A DNA stretch of 64,000 bases from a virus: positions 2,407 to 66,406 of the IMG/VR virus record IMGVR_UViG_3300028888_000124, one strand, 5' to 3'. Below, one piece after another: positions 49,387 to 57,817 of the stretch (positions within the stretch are counted from its first letter, which is position 1; each line of letters starts with the position of its first letter). Under the pieces are notes generated by a model, which was not told the origin of the DNA, made no database searches, and saw nothing but the letters and a program-made list of their open reading frames with translations. A program made the position numbers and the translations under genes.

Positions 49387-49701
49387 ATGAAAAAGATTGA
49401 GAAACAAAGCATCCAGTAGATCGAACAAGAAACGGATATCGTTCTTGATCCTTTGACAAAGCGGGCTACGGTATACTCCTGTATCCCGTCTATGGTGAAG
49501 AGGCTGTATGCCATGGCTGAGGAGCATGGGGATGAAGTAAAAGTCGAACTGGACAATTCTTATGGGTTCATGATCTCTGTTCCGCAAAGCTGGATCAAGG
49601 TTCGTCCGTCTGTGAAACGTCAATTGACTGATGAGCAAAAGGCGGCGCTGGCAGAAAGAATGAATAAGGTCCGAAAGGAAAAGAGAAAGGAAACAAAATG
49701 A
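49387..49701 (+). CDS. hypothetical protein (104 aa); in-frame TAG at 49417
   Basis: RBS AAGGAGGAACGAA then ATG at 49387, in frame with track ORF 49453..49701. Confidence 0.45.
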
Positions 49702-49865
49702 ACATCACAATTTTAGGAATACTTGACATCCTGATTGGCATAAGCGATTTAGCAATGGCCGTTGTCGATATCATGACAGGCGAATATGTCATGGCGGTCA
49801 TGTTATTCTTGTTCGGAATTTCTGTGCTTTGCTTCGGCATTTATTTTTTGGTGCACGAAAAATGA
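49698..49865 (+). CDS. small two-TM membrane protein (55 aa)
   Basis: ATG overlaps the upstream TGA. Confidence 0.4.
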   Translation: MNITILGILDILIGISDLAMAVVDIMTGEYVMAVMLFLFGISVLCFGIYFLVHEK

Positions 49866-50452
49866 AAATCAAAAATGTGCTTGCCCATCTGAAAAAGATC
49901 ATGACACATCGGCGCTGGGTTCGTTACTACTGCTTCAAAGCTGGGTTATACTGGCAGGGGCTGACGCATGATCTATCCAAATATTCCCCTACTGAGTTCT
50001 GGGAGTCGGTCAAGTATTATCAGGGCACATCATCTCCAATCATCGCATGCAAAAAAGATAAAGGCTATTCCATGGCCTGGTTCCATCACCGTGGCAGAAA
50101 CAAGCACCACTGGGAATACTGGGTAGATGACTTTGATCATGGCATGATCCCAAAGCTGATGCCTGAGCGGTATGCCATCGAAATGTTCTGCGATTTCCTG
50201 GCTGCTGGCCGCGCCTACATGGGCGAAGATTATTCCCGTCAAAAGGAGTACGCCTGGTGGACAGAAAAACGAAAGATCTATGTGATGCACCCTGCTGTCA
50301 GGGATTTCATCGACAGCTGCTTTGCCGGGTACTTAGCCTTCGGCGAACGCTATGCCTTAGATCGTGCACGGCTTCACAGGATCTATCAAACATGCGTAGC
50401 AGGTTATCAAACATGTGCAGAGGAAAACGGGAATGGCAAAAGCAAAACGTAA
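49862..50452 (+). CDS. hypothetical His/Trp-rich protein
   Basis: ATG in the frame of track ORF 49829..50452. Confidence 0.45.
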   Translation: MKIKNVLAHLKKIMTHRRWVRYYCFKAGLYWQGLTHDLSKYSPTEFWESVKYYQGTSSPIIACKKDKGYSMAWFHHRGRNKHHWEYWVDDFDHGMIPKLMPERYAIEMFCDFLAAGRAYMGEDYSRQKEYAWWTEKRKIYVMHPAVRDFIDSCFAGYLAFGERYALDRARLHRIYQTCVAGYQTCAEENGNGKSKT

Positions 50453-50612
50453 ACCTCGCCCCTCTATGCCGCGCTGGTGGTGGTTGGACTCAGATGGTTG
50501 CTGGTGGTGCCATAACCGCCAAAACTGTAATTCCTGTAAAATACTAAAACGGGCAGACTTGCCAAGGAAAAGTGATTTACAGGAACGTGAAAGAAGCAAA
50601 GAAGAAAAATGA
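50433..50612 (+). CDS. small basic Cys/His protein (CWWCHNRQNCNSC, HNH-like)
   Basis: ATG after GAGGAAAACGGGA. Confidence 0.35.
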   Translation: MAKAKRKPRPSMPRWWWLDSDGCWWCHNRQNCNSCKILKRADLPRKSDLQERERSKEEK

Positions 50613-50833
50613 AAGTTGAACTCGGATCGGGAATTACACCATATACCAAACCGCCTGATACACCAGTACCATTGAAACCGCGAAAGATCCCTTTAATCCA
50701 AAAATGCCCATTGTTTTCTATCTGTAACTGCAAGAGTGCTGTATGCGCCGTTCTTCCGCCAGACAATTCATGCTACTGGTACAGGTACTTCAAAACGCGG
50801 ATCAAAGAAGTAGAAGAAAACAAGCAGGAGTGA
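50609..50833 (+). CDS. small Cys-rich protein
   Basis: ORF track. Confidence 0.35.
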   Translation: MKVELGSGITPYTKPPDTPVPLKPRKIPLIQKCPLFSICNCKSAVCAVLPPDNSCYWYRYFKTRIKEVEENKQE

Positions 50834-50871
50834 GGTTCAGAGGGACGGCCTCTGGTTGTTGTCCTACTTGT

Positions 50872-50982
50872 TTAACGCTTCATATATTCTACCTTTTCCG
50901 TGCTGGCCGTTTGGCTGCGAACCTCACAAACAACCGCAGGGTATCCCATCAGAACCATCATAAGTGCATAACCAATGCTCAT
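50872..50982 (-). CDS. small hydrophobic peptide (36 aa)
   Basis: RBS GGAGGTAAAGTAATA then ATG; transcript driven by the promoter at 51147..51175. Confidence 0.35.
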   Translation of the reverse strand: MSIGYALMMVLMGYPAVVCEVRSQTASTEKVEYMKR

Positions 50983-51146
50983 TATTACTTTACCTCCATC
51001 AATTGTGATTTTCCAAAGAGTCTGACTTTTGTTATCGGCCTTTCGGCCAAGAGGTATTTCGCAACTTATATTGACGCAGCACAGCAAAATGTACATGAAG
51101 CAAACAAATAGCTTGCGTCAGCAGTTCATGGGATTCTGCCTGTTTG

Positions 51147-51175
51147 CAGTATAGCAGATACGGCCAGCTTTGTAA
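51147..51175 (-). promoter_or_regulatory. near-consensus sigma70 promoter TTTACA, 17 nt spacer, TATACT (leftward)
   Basis: Read on the minus strand. Confidence 0.5.
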
Positions 51176-51354
51176 ATAGCTACACCGCAGAGTGGATGAT
51201 GCGGGATAAAAATATCGACCATCCCTCATGGGTGGGGACACTGAAAGACTGTCAGCCACATGAGGTGAGTCCAATAGCCCATGGTTCTAATGGACGATGC
51301 GTGAACGGCGAAGCGTTAGCGAAGCCTAAAAAGAACCTGAAACGCTTGGCAAAA

Positions 51355-51392
51355 ACAAAACGAGCCCTTTCGGGCCCGCCCGGAAGCTCGGC
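51355..51392 (-). terminator. Rho-independent terminator downstream of hicA (gggccc-GAAA-gggctc plus GTTTTGTTTTTG)
   Basis: Read on the minus strand. Confidence 0.45.
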
Positions 51393-51399
51393 TGACATG

Positions 51400-51600
51400 T
51401 TACCGAAGTCGCACGTCAGTCGTACTCTCTATGCTTTTCTGCGTCCCTATGGGCTACTCTTTCGAGAACGGGATCGTAACGGTTTTCCCATCTAAGGACT
51501 TCATAACCGTGTGGCTGCCCTTGCCACGTTTCGGGATGGCGGTCCATCCCTACTTAACCAGCATAGAGATGACTTCCTTTGAAGAATAGGTTTTCTTCAT
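51400..51600 (-). CDS. hicA: HicA-family mRNA interferase toxin (66 aa) with 2 in-frame TAG codons (51550, 51454)
   Basis: RBS GGAGGTGAGGCCG then ATG. Translation VK(TAG)GWTAIPKRGKGSHTVMKSLDGKTVTIPFSKE(TAG)PIGT matches HicA motifs L.K.GW...KGSH...vT.P.H...lp.Gt. Promoter TTGACT, 17 nt spacer, TATGCT lies upstream. Confidence 0.6.
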
Positions 51601-51664
51601 CGGCCTCACCTCCAAATGAAGCATACACGATGAAGAATTCAAAGTCAAGTCCCGGGCGGGATTT

Positions 51665-51695
51665 ATATAAAAAGCTCCGCTGTGTGGAGCGGAGC
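51665..51695 (-). terminator. hairpin ctccgct-ccacaca-agcggag plus CTTTTTA on the minus strand
   Basis: Read directly from the sequence. Confidence 0.4.
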
Positions 51696-51699
51696 CGTT

Positions 51700-51830
51700 G
51701 GATGATCAGTCTTCTTTTTCTACGATGGTCACGCAGAAATCAATAAAGCCGATGATTCCAGCCGGTGCTACTAACCAGATCGGGAGGATTCCGCAGATAC
51801 CTGCGAAAGAGATCCAGTTAGAGACATACA
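51700..51830 (-). CDS. possible small membrane peptide; start uncertain, tandem TAG TAG near the 5-prime end
   Basis: Hydrophobic minus-strand ORF ..WISFAGICGILPIWLVAPAGIIGFIDFCVTIVEKED. Confidence 0.2.
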
Positions 51831-52025
51831 CCAGCCACCTTAGATATTTCTACTACCTCAATAGACATCACCCGACCTTTCTTTTTAGAGGGCGAGTAAT
51901 GTCATTATAACAGAATCGTTTGGTTAAAACAAGCTTACCAACGCAAGCCAAAACAAAAAAATAGGGGCCCCTTCATTTTAGAAGAGGCCCCAAATAATTA
52001 TATCGGAAGAAAGAGAGGAATCAAT

Positions 52026-53210
52026 TTGACGGTTGACACTTGTAATGAATCTTTATATACTAAAGATGAGTTGGAAGAAGTAGCCAAGATGACTGCCAGC
52101 GCGGTTGTCCAAGAACTGCTTCATTCCAACGTGAACCTTGACAACTCCATATCTGAGATTATAAATGTGCCAGAAAGGACAAATGATATGGCACGTATCA
52201 AACAAAGAGTTGTCCTCCCGAACGGACAGACCGTATGGTGCACAGGAGATACAATTGGAGACGCTATTACAAACCTCATGTCGCATATCGCTATAAACAA
52301 TAACGCGCCAAAACGAACAACCCCAACCTTACAGGAATACGGAGACAAATGGTATCACCTATACCACATCAAAAAAGTAAAGTGGAATACCGCGCAAAAC
52401 ACTCGTATCTATTTGGACAAACATATCTATCCGATAATTGGAGAAAAGCATCTTGATGAAATCACATTTGACGATATTCAATCTGTTTTCAACTCCATGG
52501 ATAGCTTGGCACGATCAACTGTTGAGAAGGTACAAATTGTCCTCAATCAAATTATGAAGAATGCAATAGAAGATGGCTACATCGAGAAAAACGTTATGTC
52601 ATCTTCTCGGTATGTGTTAAGCAAGAAAGTTAAGCAGAGAGAAGCTCTATCTACATCATCCGCACAAGATGTTATCAGACAGCTGGACACCCTGGAACCA
52701 AACGATAAAATTCTTATGGCACTCATTATCTTCACAGGACTTCGGCGTGGAGAAATTCTTGCGCTGACTTGGGACGATATTGATTTTGAAAACAAAGTAA
52801 TCCACGTAAAGCACAGCGTCACATTTAAAAATAACCAACCAATCATCTGCGGGACAAAAAGCAAGTCCGGCGTAAGAGACGTTCCAATAATAAAGGAGCT
52901 AAGGGAAATACTGAGCGCGGAAGAAGATAAGCATGGCTACATCATAAAGAATCATAAGTTCCCGGACATGCCGATTACAGAAAAAACATATCAGCGGGCA
53001 TGGGAGCGAATCAAAAAAACAATTGATCTTCACAATGCTACAGCCCATGTATTCAGACACACTTTTGCCACAATGATGGAGCCACACACAGACATAAAAA
53101 CTCTGCAGACAATAATGGGGCATGCGGATATTCAAACAACAATGAACCGATATACGCATAAAATTGATAAAAATATACAGGCACTTGCAGAAATCGATTC
53201 TTTTGTGTGA
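52026..53210 (+). CDS. int: tyrosine integrase (phage integrase family)
   Basis: AHVFRHTFAT (HxxR) and NRYTH catalytic Tyr motifs. AT-rich and TAG-free, compositionally distinct from its neighbours. Confidence 0.85.
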   Translation: MTVDTCNESLYTKDELEEVAKMTASAVVQELLHSNVNLDNSISEIINVPERTNDMARIKQRVVLPNGQTVWCTGDTIGDAITNLMSHIAINNNAPKRTTPTLQEYGDKWYHLYHIKKVKWNTAQNTRIYLDKHIYPIIGEKHLDEITFDDIQSVFNSMDSLARSTVEKVQIVLNQIMKNAIEDGYIEKNVMSSSRYVLSKKVKQREALSTSSAQDVIRQLDTLEPNDKILMALIIFTGLRRGEILALTWDDIDFENKVIHVKHSVTFKNNQPIICGTKSKSGVRDVPIIKELREILSAEEDKHGYIIKNHKFPDMPITEKTYQRAWERIKKTIDLHNATAHVFRHTFATMMEPHTDIKTLQTIMGHADIQTTMNRYTHKIDKNIQALAEIDSFV

Positions 53211-53300
53211 CATGAGTTGTGACATGAAACTACCCTGAAACCCTTATGCCACAACGGTTTCGAGACTTGTGTTGTGACACGAGATGTGACAAAGTCGGTA
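53209..53300 (+). repeat. four TGTGACA repeats and duplicated AAACCCTTATG near the integrase 3-prime end; candidate arm-type or Xis binding sites
   Basis: Direct repeats read from the sequence. Confidence 0.35.
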
Positions 53301-53384
53301 AAAATGAATATACACCCCATAATTTCCCTGCTCAAAACCACAATAAAAAATCCGCAAACCCTTATGTGGTAAGGATCTGCGGTT

Positions 53385-53425
53385 TGGTACGCCCGGTGCG
53401 ATTCGAACGCATGGCCTTCAGAGTC
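53385..53425 (-). other. attP-like core carrying a tRNA 3-prime fragment (T-arm GCGTTCGAATCGC, acceptor CGGGCGT, discriminator A, CCA)
   Basis: tRNA T-loop and acceptor signature on the minus strand. No matching 5-prime acceptor strand lies within 100 nt, so it is a fragment and not a gene; it is adjacent to int. Confidence 0.45.
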
Positions 53426-53544
53426 GGAGTCTACTATCTTTATGTAAAAGTGCATATTTATAATCTCGGTATGGAGATGTTAAGTTTCTATCAAAGTACC
53501 AATTTTGCTTGATATTTTGATAAGAACTTGAGCCAAAAAACAAA

Positions 53545-53572
53545 AAGAGGGAGGTCTTTCGACCTCCCTTAT
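53545..53572. terminator. bidirectional hairpin gagggaggtc-tttc-gacctccctt
   Basis: Downstream of the minus-strand holin gene. Confidence 0.5.
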
Positions 53573-53575
53573 TTA

Positions 53576-54037
53576 TTACATTTTGTCCCCACGAATCTCG
53601 GGAACGTTTTCATTTTCTTCTTCTGGTGCCTTCTTCTCGTGCGGTAGCACAATGCAAACCGCCTCAATGATCCCGTCGATAATCATAGCGATCTGCGGTG
53701 TAATCTCAATACCAGCATTACCCAATGTCTCCTTCACGAGAGATTTGGCGTAAGGATTCCGTTCTTCTTTTGTTAAGTTTCCAAGCTTCCACGCCTTCTC
53801 TGCAATCTCCGCCCCTTCGATAGCCGCCTTCATTACGGTTGAAACGGTCTTGAGCTCCTTCCGCTCAGGCCAGATATTGTATACAGCATCACAAGCAGCC
53901 TGCAGTCCGGCGATCACAGGGCGTGACAACACAATTCTCTTCAGGATGTCGATTCCCGTAAACCGTTTGACGAAGTACAAGATCGCTACAATCGCCGCAA
54001 AAACAATCTAAGCGATTTGATAAATGTTCAGTTCCAT
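53576..54037 (-). CDS. holin, LL-H family-like (N-terminal TM plus soluble domain); in-frame TAG at 54008 inside the TM segment
   Basis: RBS GAAGGAGGG then ATG at 54037, in frame with track ORF 53576..53980. The soluble domain resembles Holin_LLH proteins. Confidence 0.6.
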
Positions 54038-54039
54038 TA

Positions 54040-54330
54040 TCCATTCCCTCCTTCAGTTTCTTCGAATTCATTCTTTACGAATCCCAGCAGCTTCTTGTGT
54101 TTATCATAGTTTTCAAAACCAGCTTTGCCAAAGTAGCCAATCAGGACAGAGCCGGTCAGCGTGGCTGTGGTTTGAAAAATTTGCTATGAGGTTTCCCCCA
54201 CCCACTCAAACAGGATAGGGAGTGTATAGGAAACAACCATGGCAACACAAAATATACCAAGCACAAAGTAGACAATTCCTTTGGATGTTTCTCTTTTCTT
54301 TTCATTATTTTTTGCTGTTGCCACAGGCAT
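54040..54330 (-). CDS. small membrane protein (96 aa, holin-like accessory); in-frame TAG at 54184
   Basis: The ORF is exactly 97 codons from ATG to TAA, and its stop overlaps the start of the holin. Confidence 0.45.
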
Positions 54331-54334
54331 CACC

Positions 54335-54766
54335 TCAAATCAAAAAATCGTTTTCTATAGTAGACTTATGGTAAAGATTTACAATGTATTTATATTCTTC
54401 CTCGAACACGCCGTTTTTATCGCCCGTTACTTTCAGAAGATTTTCATATTTATCGTTCAGGGAAATGATGTGCTGAAATTCTTCCCGCGTGTGACGAACA
54501 CCATTTCTGCAGGATGTGGAAAAAGACAGCACCTCATATCGAATCCGGTCCTTCTCGTCAGCTAATTGCTGCTCCTTGATTTCCTTCATCTCAGTAGACA
54601 TCTTGTCCAGCTTATCTTCAACTGGCTTCACGATAATCCTGCCGATCCATGAAAACTACGCGCTGATCGGATTCCATTTGATTGCCGGTGTAAACTGAAT
54701 AACGATTCCAAGGAGAAAAGCGCACAGTCCCCAGTGATCCTATATCCACTTCAATACATCGTCCAT
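54335..54766 (-). CDS. membrane-anchored coiled-coil protein of the lysis cassette; 2 in-frame TAG codons (54740, 54656)
   Basis: ATG after GGGGGTG. The C-terminal part equals track ORF 54335..54631. Confidence 0.45.
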
Positions 54767-54769
54767 TGA

Positions 54770-55558
54770 TCACACCCCCAGAGAAGTGCCCAATGCTGCG
54801 AACAATTCTCTGGCAGCCTGCGTGGAAAGAATCACAACCACCGTGTCATCTGTGGCCGGAGTGGTTTGTCCTCCATCTACCTTTTGAAGGAACTTGCTCA
54901 TCATATAGCCATCCTTGTTTTTCGTATGAATTTTTGACCAACCGCTGTCCTATTCACCGAGTACCTGTACGATTGTGCCAATGCGGATGGGCTCCAGGAT
55001 TGTCGCGTTTGTGTTGGGATTCGCCCGCATGTTCACAGTAGCGCCGCTTTGCGCCACCACCTTTGCCGAATAATTGAGCTCGCTCATTTCACGATCATCT
55101 CCCCCATTTTGTTTAATCAAATCCAATGTTCCAGTATAGTGCCACGCACCAAGTTTACTGTCTCGCTGAATACCGCCCACCACGCTGGTGCAGTGTGTAA
55201 TACACAGCGGAGAAACAGATGTGACAACGCCGACATGGTAATAGTCTCTTTGGTCTGGATGATTTCTGTAAGCATCCGGCTACGACCATTTTGCGTCGCC
55301 TGGTTCCCGCGCCTTGAAGACAAGATCACCCAAAGACAATTCAGAGGCGGAGGATACATAATGGAAATTCACCACCCTGTTTCTGGCCGTGTAATTGCTT
55401 CCGTGTGTTCCAGTCCATTTAGCGCCGCAAAGACGGACAGCCCCGATGATCTATCCGATACAATCGCATTTGCCGCCGGTTCCGTCACAAGCGTTTTGAT
55501 ATTGATTCACACGGGAAACATTTTTTTGAACTCCGTCTAAAAATTCATTCAGGGTCAT
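54770..55558 (-). CDS. endolysin: CHAP-like amidase/peptidase domain plus a C-terminal SH3b cell-wall-binding domain; 3 in-frame TAG codons (55451, 55280, 54950)
   Basis: RBS AGGTGATAGTG then ATG. Catalytic Cys/His-region motifs KCDC.., PGDLVF, DYYHVGVVTSV; SH3b-like ATVNMRANPN..GWSKI..GYMMSKFL. Contains track ORF 54950..55183, whose stop is a TAG. Confidence 0.7.
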
Positions 55559-55781
55559 CACTATCACCTGATTCCGCGTCTTCGTTTTCTGTCTCTTCCT
55601 CTGGAAGGTCTGCCAACGGGATCATTTCGTTTGTTTCCTCATATTCCCGATCCTCATCGGCTGGATCAATTGCGTCCTCATATTTGACGCCGTCCCGCGT
55701 AATATATACCCCAATGTCTGAATACGTGCGGTACAGCGTCACACCGTCACTGCGAACCACATAAAGCTCTTTCACGATCAT
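55545..55781 (-). CDS. small acidic protein
   Basis: ORF track. Confidence 0.3.
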   Translation of the reverse strand: MIVKELYVVRSDGVTLYRTYSDIGVYITRDGVKYEDAIDPADEDREYEETNEMIPLADLPEEETENEDAESGDSDDPE

Positions 55782-56952
55782 GCTGATTCCTCCTTCTTAT
55801 TTCTCTCTTCGAAAACCATGGAAAATCTCTTTGCTCCTTCGGAAACAATTCCCTCACTAACTGTTCCATTTTACAAATCGTTCTGAACGCCATAAAATTT
55901 CTTGCGTATGCCCGCCAGGAAATGAAGGATTGAAAAACTTCAAGCGGTGTCATCTTTCCATTTTCCACCCGTGTCTTTAACCGTTTCAACTTCCGCCTTT
56001 CTACCACAACGCTGTGCTTATATATTTTTTTGATTACCTTGCCGCTGTTCGTCAGGTAGAATCGCGCTTTAAGAAAAGTGAATCCATGGGTCAGCTTCAC
56101 AATCTGCGTTTTCTTTGTATTCATCACAATGCCAAGCTCGTCGCAAATCCTGCGAATCTCTTTGAGGCAATGCCGCAAGTATTCCTTGGATGGGTGAATC
56201 AGGTATCCGTCATCCATATATCTTCCGTACCATTTGATCCTGAGCACTTCCTTCACGTAATGATCCAAACGGTTGGCGGAGGCAAGCGCCTATATCTGAC
56301 TTACCTGGCTGCCCAGTCCCAAACCTTTATCGCCAAACATGTGAACCATTTGCATAGCGACACTCTTTATTTCATTGTCCGAAACTGCCCGGTCGATCAC
56401 CTGTTCTATGACGGCGTGTGACACATTATCAAAGAATTTGCTGAAATCAAAAAGCAGCACATATCCATCATTTCCGTATTTCCGGTAATACTGGCGCAGG
56501 TGCGTTTCCATTCGCCTGATCGCAAATGCGTATCCCTTGTTCTCCATTGACGCGCCGTTATCATATATAAAAGAGCGTTTGACGGCGGGAACCAGGGCGT
56601 AATCGCAAAGACAGCGCTGTACACCACGCTCTCGAACTGTCACGCTTTTGATGTGGCGGTCATGGCCGCGTTCCCTGATATCAAACTCATAGAATTTATC
56701 TGGCTTGAATTTGCGTTTCTTCATTCTCCGGTAGCATTTTTCCACTTCCGTCGGAGCAAAGACGATTTGCTTTTGAATGCTGGCCTTCCATCTTACGCCA
56801 CGAGTGCATAGCTGAAAAGCCCGATAAAGGTGAGGATAGCTGAAAACCTGATCGTATGTGCCGATCTGGTTTTTGTTATATTCTTTCTATTTCTGTTTTC
56901 TCTTTTGAATACGGCGCTGGTATCTCGCCTCATGCCTTTCTTTGCTGTTCAT
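55747..56952 (-). CDS. DGR reverse transcriptase (motif 4 LGSQVSQ of the SQ type, YMDD); 2 in-frame TAG codons (56887, 56290)
   Basis: Fuses track ORFs 56290..56745 and 55747..56268 across the TAG at 56290, which sits in the S(P/Q)LLAN motif, and extends to the ATG at 56952 after GGAGGAAGA. RT motifs 1 to 7 are recognisable. Confidence 0.85.
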
Positions 56953-57180
56953 TCTTCCTCCAAAAATGGGCAGTCGCCCACGTCTGATAGATGGCTTTCC
57001 GCGATAGACGCATAGAACCACTGGGCATGAAACAAAGGGTTCGCCATCGACCTTTGCCATGCAAGAAGCGTCCGCCCAGGTTCGTCACGACTGATATTTA
57101 CGCTGAATGCGAAGGTTATTTCCTCCTTCTCTCCACCCGCGCTGATTTCGCAAAGCCTACTTTGTCTGACGGAGAGGATC

Positions 57181-57301
57181 CGAAGACCACGCCATTCGTG
57201 TTGGTCGGACCGTTATTGTTGTTGTTGCCGTTGTTGTTCACATTCACGAAGTTCGAAGTCGAATTCGCAGAACGGGTCCACCAGTTGTTCGTAGAGCCGG
57301 T
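57181..57301 (-). repeat. DGR template repeat (TR); AAC/AAT-rich, about 120 bp
   Basis: Aligns to VR1 and VR2 with all mismatches at TR adenines. Confidence 0.8.
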
Positions 57302-57336
57302 CTCATACAGGAAATAACCTCAATTAAAATGATAAA

Positions 57337-57750
57337 TTAAAATGGTTCGTTCAAAAACGACCAACGCTTTTTATCTGTTTCCATTACGCCTTGAATCAGG
57401 CGCATCTCTTCATTGATTTTTTCACTCCATTGCTGTATAATATTTTTGTCAATACCGAATCTGCCGTCTGCGAGGCCGATGAAACAGTCCAGCTTTTTCA
57501 GTTCACCAATGGCTTTCATGAAATAATCTTTTCTGGTCTGCAGCTCTCCTGCGTTCGTCGGCCAGATGTTATTGGCTTCGATCACATGACCGCAGGTATC
57601 AAGCGCTGCGTCGATGATTCTTTGCCCCAGGCCGAAGCGCTGTCCCTTTGGAAAATGCCCATACTGCACAAGCGTGAAGGCTGCCTATTCGCGGGCTTGA
57701 TAAATAAATTGCGTTGATGGTTCTGATCGTAGACTTTTAGGGACTGACAT
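57337..57750 (-). CDS. avd: Avd-like DGR accessory protein (four-helix-bundle protein family); in-frame TAG at 57685
   Basis: QRFGLGQRIIDAALDT..IEANN pattern of the four-helix-bundle family. ATG at 57750 after AGGAGG, in frame with track ORF 57337..57669. Sits between the target gene and TR-RT. Confidence 0.7.
57373..57405 (+). promoter_or_regulatory. plus-strand copy of the TCTGTTTCCATTAC motif followed by the hairpin cgcct-tgaatc-aggcg, inside the minus-strand avd gene
   Basis: Read directly from the sequence. Confidence 0.3.
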
Positions 57751-57769
57751 TTCCTTTTATCCTCCTGCG

Positions 57770-57800
57770 AAGAGTGGGGAGGGACGGAGCCCTCCCCGAT
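57770..57800 (-). other. GC-rich stem-loop ggggaggg-acggag-ccctcccc immediately 3-prime of VR1 (DGR homing-associated hairpin)
   Basis: Inverted repeat. An analogous hairpin, ggggcggcg..cgccgcccc, follows VR2 at about 58960..58990. Confidence 0.5.
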
Positions 57801-57817
57801 TTTAAGATTTTAGATTA

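Noticed and set aside
51196-51495. 99 aa plus-strand ORF and a possible structured ncRNA (GNRA hairpin region)
   Set aside because: The region is fully explained as the antisense of the HicA gene plus its minus-strand terminator hairpin.
53385-53470. Complete tRNA gene on the minus strand next to int
   Set aside because: Only the T-arm, acceptor 3-prime strand and CCA are recognisable. No complementary 5-prime acceptor strand (ACGCCCG) lies within 100 nt, and no convincing anticodon arm can be drawn. It is interpreted as an att core fragment. It is not the missing suppressor tRNA.
56830-57717. Plus-strand track ORFs 56830..57015, 56991..57317 and 57391..57717
   Set aside because: They overlap the DGR TR, the RT 5-prime region and the avd gene in antisense. 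The low-complexity translations derive from the AAC-rich TR.
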